From Meiothermus sp. (GTDB lineage: Bacteria > Deinococcota > Deinococci > Deinococcales > Thermaceae): 64,000 bases of DNA. Positions 51,396-60,495 of the stretch are shown piece by piece; within the stretch, counting starts at the first letter, position 1; the number at the start of each line of letters is the position of its first letter. A program made the translations under genes and the position numbers. A model generated the notes under the pieces. It had not been told where the DNA came from and searched no databases. It was given only the letters and a program-made list of their open reading frames with translations. The stretch spans positions 96,001 through 160,000 of the forward strand of contig JANRLD010000115.1 of the NCBI GenBank assembly GCA_033762915.1, in the 5' to 3' direction.

Positions 51396-51432
51396 GCCCC
51401 GCCCGCCGCGTCTAGGCGGGCGGGGCTTTGTT
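51396..51432 (+). terminator. Intrinsic terminator
   Basis: GCCCCGCCCGCC-7nt-GGCGGGCGGGGC-TTTGTT. Confidence 0.75.
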
Positions 51433-51586
51433 GGGATCGCTCCGTGGGACTGAAGCCGTACTCGCAAGCGTGGCGGGGGCAGCACTCCCAGAAATCGATA
51501 TGGGGGCCCTGCAGCAAGGGACGTTGGCGGGAAGCGCAGTAAAGCCGCCCAGCACGGCAGCCACCGCGCAGCAGCGGGCCTCGAGC

Positions 51587-51615
51587 TTGACCAAACCGCC
51601 AAAGCCCCCTACAAT
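51587..51615 (+). promoter_or_regulatory. sigma70 promoter of tRNA-fMet
   Basis: TTGACC-N17-TACAAT. Confidence 0.85.
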
Positions 51616-51676
51616 GGCAAAGCTGGCTTGAACGTTTTAGTTCACAGCGCAAGCCACGACACCTCGGTGTCTGCGA

Positions 51677-51755
<79 letters not shown>

Positions 51756-51761
51756 AAACCG

Positions 51762-51789
51762 AAAAAGCCCGCCATATTGGCGGGCTTTT

Positions 51790-51790
<1 letters not shown>
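51762..51790. terminator. Bidirectional terminator between the tRNA and fni
   Basis: AAAAAGCCCGCCA-TAT-TGGCGGGCTTTTT. Confidence 0.9.
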
Positions 51791-52851
<1,061 letters not shown>

Positions 52852-53053
52852 TCACCGTCAAACAGGCCTGCGGAGGTTTTCGGCCCGGCCCCCTCGCGGT
52901 TCTGCAAAGCCTCGGACGGGCCAAAGATGCTGTCTCCAGGCCCCTAGGTACTTCTAGTAACTTCCGGTGTATCGCCCGACCGCAGGCAGTGCGGGAGGGC
53001 GATTTGCCCGGTTTGCCCGGGCGCCTTAGCCGCCGGAAGTCTATCGAGCTGGC

Positions 53054-54058
53054 TTACTTATACCCCAGAATCGCCTCGCGCTTGTCACCCCACTCCAGCG
53101 CACTCGCGATCGCCTGGTCAATGCTGTGCTGGGCCTTCCAGCCCAACAACTCCTGGGCGCGGTCGGCGTTGGCGTAGGCCCCGGCCACGTCGCCGGGGCG
53201 GGGCGGGGCCTCCCGCTTGGAGATGGCCTGGCCGTAGACGCGCTCGAAGGCGGCGACCAGTTCCTTGACCGTCACCCCGTCTCCGGTCCCGAGGTTGATG
53301 ACGGCGTAGTTCGAGCCGGTCTTGCCCAGGGCCGCGTCGAAGTGCTCGACCGCCGCAAGGTGCGCCGCCGCCAAGTCCCAGATGTGGACGTAGTCGCGGA
53401 TACCCGAGCCGTCGCGGGTGGGCCAGTCCACGCCGGTGATCAGGAACTGGGGCTCCTTCCCTAAGGCCACGTCCACCATCTTGCCCAGCACGTGGCTGGG
53501 GTTGCGGGCGTGGATGCCGGAGCGCATTTTGGGGTCGGCCCCGATAGGGTTGAAGTAGCGCAGCGCGATACCGCGTAGCCGGGTGGCGTGGGTGATGTCC
53601 TCGAGGGCCATCTCCATCATGTATTTGGAGCGGGCGTAGGGGCTGGAAGGCTTGAGCGGCGAGGCCTCGGTGACCTTAAAACCGGGCACCGCGTCGTAGA
53701 GCGAGGCCGAGGAGGAAAAGACCACGCGGGTCTGGCCGAGCTCCTCGAGGTTCTTGAACAGCTCGAGGCTCTTGCCCACGTTCTCCCGGTAGTAGCGGTA
53801 GGGCTGGGCCACCGACTCCGGCACCACGATCAAGGCGGCGCAGTGGATGGTGGCGTAGACGTCCGGGTGCTCGGAGAGGATACGCTCGAGCAGCGCCCGG
53901 TCGGCGATGTCGCCCTCGTAGAAGATACGACCTTCGGTGAAGGCCCGCTGCCCCACCACCAGCGAGTCCAGCAGCACGGGCGTGTGGCCGCTGTCCAGCA
54001 AGTAGCTGGCGATCGTACTGCCGATGTACCCTGCCCCACCTGTAATCAAGACTTTCAC
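53054..54058 (-). CDS. galE: UDP-glucose 4-epimerase
   Basis: TGGAGYIGS, YARSK, LRYFNP, RDYVH; TACAAT-N7-GTG. Confidence 0.92.
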   Translation of the reverse strand: MKVLITGGAGYIGSTIASYLLDSGHTPVLLDSLVVGQRAFTEGRIFYEGDIADRALLERILSEHPDVYATIHCAALIVVPESVAQPYRYYRENVGKSLELFKNLEELGQTRVVFSSSASLYDAVPGFKVTEASPLKPSSPYARSKYMMEMALEDITHATRLRGIALRYFNPIGADPKMRSGIHARNPSHVLGKMVDVALGKEPQFLITGVDWPTRDGSGIRDYVHIWDLAAAHLAAVEHFDAALGKTGSNYAVINLGTGDGVTVKELVAAFERVYGQAISKREAPPRPGDVAGAYANADRAQELLGWKAQHSIDQAIASALEWGDKREAILGYK

Positions 54059-54204
54059 AGGTGCGATTGTATCAAGGCACGCTGAAGCGGGCAGGTCGAA
54101 TTTCAACTGGTTGCCAGCAGAGAGGAGGTAGAGCGCCGGCGAGCCGGGAAGACAGAACTCTACCGCAGGTGCCGTCGCGGTAGGTTGGCAGAAGCCCGCC
54201 CAAA

Positions 54205-54294
54205 CCCTCACAACGCTGAAGCGGACGTAGTCGTAATGCACCCGGCGCATCCGAGTCTCCGCGTGTGGGGTGTTCGGGCGAAGCGCTGTGAGGG
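54205..54294. repeat. Variant B-related element with 13-bp inverted ends
   Basis: CCCTCACAACGCT / AGCGCTGTGAGGG; internal CATCCGAGTCTC shared with 14379-14482. Confidence 0.65.
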
Positions 54295-54361
54295 CTAGCG
54301 GCTGGTATGTGGGTCTCCATAGCGGGCATCCCGGGTTTGGCCAGTCTGACCGCCAAACATA

Positions 54362-54391
54362 TTGACATATTTAGATTTATCGATATATTAT
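54362..54391 (+). promoter_or_regulatory. Leaderless ars promoter with an AT-rich imperfect palindrome (likely ArsR operator)
   Basis: TTGACA-N18-TATTAT-N6-ATG. Confidence 0.75.
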
Positions 54392-54397
54392 CCTCCT

Positions 54398-54733
54398 ATG
54401 TCTGCCGTACTGGCCCTCGCCGAGCCCTCGAGCCCCGACCTCGAGACCCTCGCCGCCGTGTTCAAGGCCCTGTCCGACCCGGCCCGGCTCAGAATCCTCG
54501 ACTACCTGGCCTCCGACCCCGACGGCAAGTGCTGCGACACCGAGCGGGGCATCTGTGCTTGCGACCTCGAGGCCGTCACCGGCCTCTCCCAGCCCACCGT
54601 CAGCCACCACATGAAGCTGCTGGTGGCGGCGGGGCTGGTGAGCGCCGCACGGCGCGGCAAGTGGATGTACTACGCGGTGAACTCGAGCGGTTTCGGAGCG
54701 CTCAGAGAGTTCTTGCAGACCATTAACCGCTGA
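54398..54733 (+). CDS. arsR: ArsR/SmtB metalloregulator
   Basis: FKALSDPARLRIL, KCC...ICACDL, LSQPTVSHHMK. Confidence 0.9.
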   Translation: MSAVLALAEPSSPDLETLAAVFKALSDPARLRILDYLASDPDGKCCDTERGICACDLEAVTGLSQPTVSHHMKLLVAAGLVSAARRGKWMYYAVNSSGFGALREFLQTINR

Positions 54734-54775
54734 AGGGCCTGCCCGAGCTTGTTCCCAGTTGTCAAAGGAGCCTCT

Positions 54776-55291
54776 ATGAACACCCAGAGCTTTATCCAAA
54801 CCCTCGAGTCCTACCCCACCCGGCCTTTGGTCTTCGACTACGGCTCCGGGCGGCGGGTCGCACCCGGATATCACGTCACCGAGGTGATGAACGTCACCTA
54901 CGAGACCATGGACTGCGGCGGGCAGGCAAACTTCTGGCGCGAGACCGTCGTACAACTGCAAGGCCCCGGCGCAAAGGACGCGCCCGAGTTCATGACCACC
55001 GACAAGTTTCTGGGCATCTACCGGCGGGTGGTGGCCTCGGTGCCGGTGCGCCCGGAATCGGAGGTGCGCCTCGAGTACGGCGATGCGCTCTCCCCGGCCG
55101 TCCGCTACCACGTGGGCGCGGTGGCCGAGAGCGAGGGACACCTGGTAATCTTCCTCACCCCGCCGGGCGTCACCTGCAAGGCCGACTCAAGCTGCTGCGG
55201 CCCCAGCCCCAGCGTGCGGCCCAACGTGCAGCTCGAGGAGGGCCTCGAGCTGCGGGTTGTAGGCGCGGCTAAAGGTTCGTCGTGCTGCTAG
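54776..55291 (+). CDS. DUF6428-like protein with Cys-rich tail
   Basis: GYHVTEV, MDCGG, WRETVVQL; TCK...SCC...SCC. Confidence 0.75.
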   Translation: MNTQSFIQTLESYPTRPLVFDYGSGRRVAPGYHVTEVMNVTYETMDCGGQANFWRETVVQLQGPGAKDAPEFMTTDKFLGIYRRVVASVPVRPESEVRLEYGDALSPAVRYHVGAVAESEGHLVIFLTPPGVTCKADSSCCGPSPSVRPNVQLEEGLELRVVGAAKGSSCC

Positions 55292-55305
55292 GGGGAGAAT
55301 AGGCC

Positions 55306-55749
55306 ATGATTACCTTCTGCACCGCCACCACCGCCGACCTGCCCGAAGTGCTGGACTTGCTCCGACGCGCAAAGCTGCCGCTGGCGGGGGTCGAGGAACA
55401 CCTGAACAACTTTGTGCTGGCGATGGAGATGAGCGAGCAGGGCGAGACGCTGGTGGGATGCGCAGGACTAGAGATCCACGGCTCGGCTGGGCTGCTGCGC
55501 TCAGTGGCGGTAGAGGCGCAGTACCGCTCGGAAGGGCTCGGGGCCAAGCTGACCGAGGGAATGCTCGAGCTGGCCCAGCACAAAGACCTCTCCTCCGTCT
55601 CGCTGCTGACCGAGAGTGCCAAGGACTACTTCCCCCGCTTCGGCTTTGTCCAGGTAGAGCGCTCCAAACTGCCCGAAAGCCTCCAACAGTCGGCGGAGCT
55701 CAAGGGGGCCTGCCCCGACAGCGCCGTGGCGATGACGCTGAAGATTTAG
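55306..55749 (+). CDS. arsN2: ArsN2-type N-acetyltransferase
   Basis: VGCAGLE, LLRSVAV, LLTESA, CPDSA; ars context. Confidence 0.8.
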   Translation: MITFCTATTADLPEVLDLLRRAKLPLAGVEEHLNNFVLAMEMSEQGETLVGCAGLEIHGSAGLLRSVAVEAQYRSEGLGAKLTEGMLELAQHKDLSSVSLLTESAKDYFPRFGFVQVERSKLPESLQQSAELKGACPDSAVAMTLKI

Positions 55750-55886
55750 GTTGCGCCAGAGTAAAAGCAGAATCGGCGGAAGTGCTAGACATGTGCCAGG
55801 CCGGAGTGGCGTACGCCATAGCCGCGGAGCGGCACCCGAGGCGCAATTCCCTATGGGAGTTGGCGGGCGACTTATCGCAGTTCAAC
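55750..55886 (+). repeat. Repeat family C, copy 4, directly after the arsN2 stop
   Basis: Shares AGTGGCGT.CGCCATAGCCGC.GAGCGGC..CCCGAGGCGCAATTCCC with the 49034 copy. Confidence 0.8.
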
Positions 55887-56153
55887 TATGGAGACCCTAT
55901 TCATGCGAATCCCGATCTTGGTGCCGTGGCACAACTCATCTTGCTCGCAGATGGGCGAGCCGGGGATTAATCGGTCGGGTCCCTCCAAGACCCCCTGCAA
56001 CCTGCCCCCTTGGGGCAAAAGCCTCGAGGGGTCGCGTGGGGTGCGCGACGTGCTGAGGCGGATGGCCCAAAGACCGGCGGGCGACCCGCGCCTCAGAGGC
56101 GGGTCTCTGGGGCGGAGGTCTTGCTCGAGCGACCTAGCGACAGGGAACTGCCC

Positions 56154-56660
56154 ATGAGCCTTCACATCCGACCCGCCCGCGAGGCCGACTGCGCCGACAT
56201 CGCAGCCATCTACAACCAGGGCATCCAGGGGCGACAGGCCACCTTCGAGACCCGCCCCCGCACGCCCGAGGATATCAGGGGCTGGCTGGGCAACCCCCGT
56301 TATCCGGTTCTGGTCGCCGGGCGAGAGGACAATAACGTCGTGGGGTGGGTCTCGGCCAGCAGCTACCGGCCCAACCGCGAGGCCTACGCGGGCATCGCCG
56401 AGTTCTCGGTCTACGTGCACTACCTGGCCAGGGGCCAGAGGGTGGGCGACGCACTGATGGACGCCTTCATCCCGGCGTGCGCGTCGGCGGGGTTGTGGAA
56501 GCTGCTCTCGCGGGTCTTCCCGGAGAACGCCGCCTCGAGGGCGTTATGCGCCCGTCACGGCTTCCGTGAGGTGGGCATCTACGAGAAGCACGGTAAGCTG
56601 GATGGAGTGTGGCGCGATGTGGTGATCGTGGAGCGCCTGATCGAGCCGAACCTCACTTAG
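56154..56660 (+). CDS. arsN1: ArsN1-type (arsinothricin/phosphinothricin) N-acetyltransferase
   Basis: IYNQGI, ATFET, EFSVYV, WKLLSRVFPEN, GKLDGVWRDV. Confidence 0.8.
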   Translation: MSLHIRPAREADCADIAAIYNQGIQGRQATFETRPRTPEDIRGWLGNPRYPVLVAGREDNNVVGWVSASSYRPNREAYAGIAEFSVYVHYLARGQRVGDALMDAFIPACASAGLWKLLSRVFPENAASRALCARHGFREVGIYEKHGKLDGVWRDVVIVERLIEPNLT

Positions 56661-56664
56661 CCCT

Positions 56665-57528
56665 ATGGTCAGACTCCCCTGGCAGGTCAAAATTGCGGCA
56701 AAAATGGTCTTGAACCGCCTCCCGGTTCCCTACAGTTTTTGGAAGGGCCTGGGGCTGTTTGACTCCGGGCAGATGGACCGGCCCGAGTACGCCCTGAAGG
56801 TCTTCCGGCACCACTATGGCGCGACGGAGTTCGGACACAAGCGAAGCGGCTTCGTGATGCTCGAGCTTGGTCCCGGTGACTCGCTGGCCTCGGGGGTGAT
56901 TGCCCACTGCCTGGGGGCCAGCAGGAGCTATCTGGTGGACGCCAACCCCTACGCCAAGCTCGAGTTCGGGGTGTACAAAAGTCTGCTGGAGTACCTCGCC
57001 CAGCAGGGCCTGCCCACGCAGTCCCTGGCCGACGTCACCGACGTCGAGACCCTGCAGAGGCGCTGCAACCTGACCTACCTTACCGGCGGCCTCGAGTCGC
57101 TCAGAACCATCCCCGAAGCCTCGGTGGACTTCATCTGGTCGCAGGCCATGATGGCGATGGTGCACAAGCGGGAGGTCGAACCCATCTTCCGTGAGTTCCG
57201 CCGCATCCTGCGCCCCGGCGGGGCCAGCTCGCACCGCATCGACCTGGCCGACCACATCAACCACTCGCTCAACAACCTGCGCTTCAGCGAGGCCCAGTGG
57301 AACTCCAGGTTGATGTCTGGCTCTGGCTTCTACACCAACCGGCTGCGCTACCGCGACTACCTCGAGCTGTTCGAGCGCACCGGGTTCGAGGTGGTGGGGG
57401 CGGGGCTCGAGCACTGGCCCACCCTCCCCGTCCCCCGCAGCCAGATCCATCCCGACTTCCACCGTCACCCCGATGAGGAGCTACGCATCCATCAGATGGA
57501 TGTGGTGCTGAGGGCGGCGGGTGGGTGA
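56665..57528 (+). CDS. Class I SAM-dependent methyltransferase
   Basis: LELGPGD, SVDFIWS, RILRPGG. Confidence 0.75.
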   Translation: MVRLPWQVKIAAKMVLNRLPVPYSFWKGLGLFDSGQMDRPEYALKVFRHHYGATEFGHKRSGFVMLELGPGDSLASGVIAHCLGASRSYLVDANPYAKLEFGVYKSLLEYLAQQGLPTQSLADVTDVETLQRRCNLTYLTGGLESLRTIPEASVDFIWSQAMMAMVHKREVEPIFREFRRILRPGGASSHRIDLADHINHSLNNLRFSEAQWNSRLMSGSGFYTNRLRYRDYLELFERTGFEVVGAGLEHWPTLPVPRSQIHPDFHRHPDEELRIHQMDVVLRAAGG

Positions 57529-57731
57529 GGGCGGCGGCGAAAAGCGGTATTTTAGTGCGACGGCCAGACGCGTCGAAGTGCGGCGTTCCTCGAGCGAGCC
57601 GGCCTGCCGGGCTTCACGGCTGCTCAAGCATCTGAGGAAGACAAGTCGGGCACGAAGCAACCCACAGTTTTGATTCTGCTGCCGCTGGCCCTCGCCCTCT
57701 CCCCTGATCCGGTGTCCCCTGACCCCCTGCC

Positions 57732-58949
57732 ATGACCTACTACGGATGGCGCATCGCCTGGGCCTTCGCCCTCACCCAGACTGTCGGGTACGGCGTGCTC
57801 ACCTATGCCTTCGGGGTGTTCGTCAAGCCAATGGAGGCCGAGCTGGGTTGGGGCCGGGCCGAGACCTCGCTGGGCTTTTCCATCGCGCTGCTGGTCTCAG
57901 GGCTGCTGGCCTTCCCGGCAGGACGGGTCGTGGATCGGCACGGCGCACGCTGGCTGATGACCGGGGGCTCGGCGCTGGGAGCGCTGATGGTCTGGGCCTG
58001 GAGCCTGGTGCACAGCCTGCCAGCGTTCTACCTGGTGTTCGTGGGGATTGGGATAGCCAGCAGCGCGGTTCTGTACTCGGTGGCCTTCACGGTGCTGGCG
58101 GTGTGGTTCCGGCTCTCTCGGCCCAGGGCCATGTTGATTGTGACGCTGGCGGCGGGTCTGGCGAGTACGATCTTCATCCCGCTGGCGAGCTGGCTCGAGC
58201 AGGCGCTCGGCTGGCGCGGCGCAGCGCAGGTTCTGGCCCTGGTGCTGGCGGTGACCACGATCCCCCTGCACGCACTGGTAATCCGCCGACGACCGCAAGA
58301 CCTGGGGCTCTACCCCGACGGAGCCGACTCGCCCCCGCCGCCCGCACAACAGGTGAGCGCGGGGGCGGCGGTGCGGGGGGCCACCTTCTGGTGGCTGGCG
58401 CTGGGCTTCAGCCTCTCCAGCCTGGTCTCGATGGCGGTGGCGGCCCACCTGGTGCCGCTGCTGGTCGAGCGGGGCCACCCGGCGGCCCTGGTCGCCACGA
58501 TTGCGGGCTCGGTGGGGGTGATGCAGCTATTGGGGCGCATTATCTACACCCCGCTGTCGCAGCGGCTCTCGCTGTTCGGGGTGAGCGCGGTGTTTATGGG
58601 CTTCTTCGCAGTAGGGCTCGGGCTGCTGCTGATGGAGCAGGGCTGGGCGCTGTGGGGGTTTGCGCTGTTTTACGGGATGGCCAACGGCTCGGGCTCGCTC
58701 TCGAAGGCCGCGCTGGTGGCCGAGGTCTACGGCAGCCGACACTATGGCAGCGTCAGCGGGGGCCTGGGCACCATCACCACCGTCACCGCCACCTTCGCGC
58801 CGCTGGGGGCGGGCTTCCTGCACGACCTGCGGGGCGACTACACGGCGGTGCTGTGGGTGCTCATCGGGGCCGCGCTGCTGGCCGCGCTGGCGGTGTGGCA
58901 GGCCTCGAGGTCGGGGCGCGAGGCCGCCCTGACGGGTTCGGCGGCCTGA
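57732..58949 (+). CDS. MFS transporter (ArsK-like by N-terminus and context)
   Basis: TQTVGYG..YAF, GRVVDRHGAR, AGLASTIF. Confidence 0.8.
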   Translation: MTYYGWRIAWAFALTQTVGYGVLTYAFGVFVKPMEAELGWGRAETSLGFSIALLVSGLLAFPAGRVVDRHGARWLMTGGSALGALMVWAWSLVHSLPAFYLVFVGIGIASSAVLYSVAFTVLAVWFRLSRPRAMLIVTLAAGLASTIFIPLASWLEQALGWRGAAQVLALVLAVTTIPLHALVIRRRPQDLGLYPDGADSPPPPAQQVSAGAAVRGATFWWLALGFSLSSLVSMAVAAHLVPLLVERGHPAALVATIAGSVGVMQLLGRIIYTPLSQRLSLFGVSAVFMGFFAVGLGLLLMEQGWALWGFALFYGMANGSGSLSKAALVAEVYGSRHYGSVSGGLGTITTVTATFAPLGAGFLHDLRGDYTAVLWVLIGAALLAALAVWQASRSGREAALTGSAA

Positions 58950-59005
58950 GGGGCCTCGAGGCGCACACTCACAATCGCCGGATAAATCTCTGCGATACTC
59001 ATCCA

Positions 59006-60163
59006 ATGCGTTTTCTGGCCTCGCTAGTACCGAATTTCCCGTCCCGCAGGAGCGGGCCCCCGGCCCTGCGCCCCCGCGCGGGTTGGTTGCCTTTGCCTCC
59101 CGCCTACCGCTTCCCCCTTCCCGCCTTACTGCTATTTGCCCTCGGTCACCAGATGTTGGCGTTCGGCTACGGCCAGCCTGCCACCGTCTTTCTGAGCGGA
59201 GCCCGGCACGAGTACCAGCGCTACAACAACTGCGGCCCGGTCACCCTAGGGATGGCGATGAGCTTTTGGGGCAGCCGCGACACCCAGTACCAGATCGCAC
59301 CGGTGCTCAAGCCCAACAAGCAGGACAAAAATGTGAACGCCTCGGAGATGGCCGAGTACGCCCGCGCCCAGGGGTACGGTGTGCACTACGGATGGGCGGG
59401 CAACCTGAGCCTGCTCAAGCGGCTGCTGGCGGGCGGCTTCCCCGTCATCATCGAGACCTGGTTCGTGACCCCCGACCACGGCGGGATGGGGCACTACCGG
59501 CTGCTGGTGGGCTACAGCGACTCGAGGGGCCGGTTTAACGCCTTCGACTCCTACTACGGCCCCAAGGTAACGCTGGGCTATGGCGAGATGGACGGGCTGT
59601 GGCAGGTCTTCGGGCGGAAGTACCTGGTGATCTACCCCCAGGCCCGGCGGGCCCGGCTGGAGGCCGTCCTGGGCGAGCGCATGCGCGAGGGAGCTGAGGA
59701 AAAGCTGGCCCTCGAGGCCGCCCAGCGCGAGACGCAGGCCCAGCCGGGCAACGCCTTCGCCTGGTTTAACCTCGGCACCCAGCAACTCCTCGCGGGCGAC
59801 GCCGCGGCGGCGGCCAGGTCATTCGACCGCTCGAGGGCGCTCCCGGTTGCCCGCCGCTTCGACCCCATCCGCCCCACAAACGCGGTCAACAACTGGCCCT
59901 GGCGGATGATGTGGTATCAGTTTGGACCTTACGAGGCCTACTTCCAGACCGGGCGCTACGCCGAGGTGTTGGCCCTGGCAGACGACGTGCTGCGGCGCAT
60001 CCCCGACCACGAGGAGAGCTTCTACTGGCGCGGCAGGGCACGCCAGGCCCGGGGCGAACTTGCGGCCGCCCGGGCGGACTTTCAGGCCGCGCTGCGCTTC
60101 AAACCCAGATACCCCGAGGCGGCCAGGGCCCTGGCCGAGGTGCGGGCCCAGAGTTCGCGCTAA
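59006..60163 (+). CDS. C39-like cysteine peptidase with C-terminal TPRs
   Basis: QRYNNCGP, GHYRLLVGY, FDS; TPR-like AWFNLG, FYWRGRA. Confidence 0.8.
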   Translation: MRFLASLVPNFPSRRSGPPALRPRAGWLPLPPAYRFPLPALLLFALGHQMLAFGYGQPATVFLSGARHEYQRYNNCGPVTLGMAMSFWGSRDTQYQIAPVLKPNKQDKNVNASEMAEYARAQGYGVHYGWAGNLSLLKRLLAGGFPVIIETWFVTPDHGGMGHYRLLVGYSDSRGRFNAFDSYYGPKVTLGYGEMDGLWQVFGRKYLVIYPQARRARLEAVLGERMREGAEEKLALEAAQRETQAQPGNAFAWFNLGTQQLLAGDAAAAARSFDRSRALPVARRFDPIRPTNAVNNWPWRMMWYQFGPYEAYFQTGRYAEVLALADDVLRRIPDHEESFYWRGRARQARGELAAARADFQAALRFKPRYPEAARALAEVRAQSSR

Positions 60164-60253
60164 GGGCGACTTTATCTCGTCCTGCTCAGCCCAGGCTCAG
60201 CCTCGAGTCATGACGTGGGCACAGTCTGATGGACTCTCGAGGAGGAACGCCAT

Positions 60254-60360
60254 CAGCGGTTCCCACCATTACGCCTCACGGGTGCAGCTCTAAAGCGTGC
60301 GCTAAAGCGGAGTATTACACAAGGCAAAAACCGCCGCACCGAGTGTTAGTGGGAACGCTC
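60254..60360. repeat. Chimeric family A/B repeat
   Basis: Left end as at 14379; right part is the reverse complement of family A. Confidence 0.75.
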
Positions 60361-60495
60361 TTGGGGCTGAAAACCGTTCCCCCACCGTGTTTTTGGGGTG
60401 CGGTGTCGCGGCAGTCGACTTACGAACCGCCGTAGGGATGGTGAGTGGCAGGGCGGCTCGAGCGCGGCGGGTGATCCGGCCACCCCGCCCGCCTT

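Noticed and set aside
56665..57528. ArsM arsenite methyltransferase
   Set aside because: Lacks the conserved ArsM cysteine pattern and motif I; called only a generic methyltransferase
57746..59005. N-terminal 420 aa of the 805-aa ORF, and similar extensions of 10530-12845, 30615-32009 and 33868-35268
   Set aside because: Overlap real neighbouring genes; true starts are downstream (59006, 11712, 31577, 34905)
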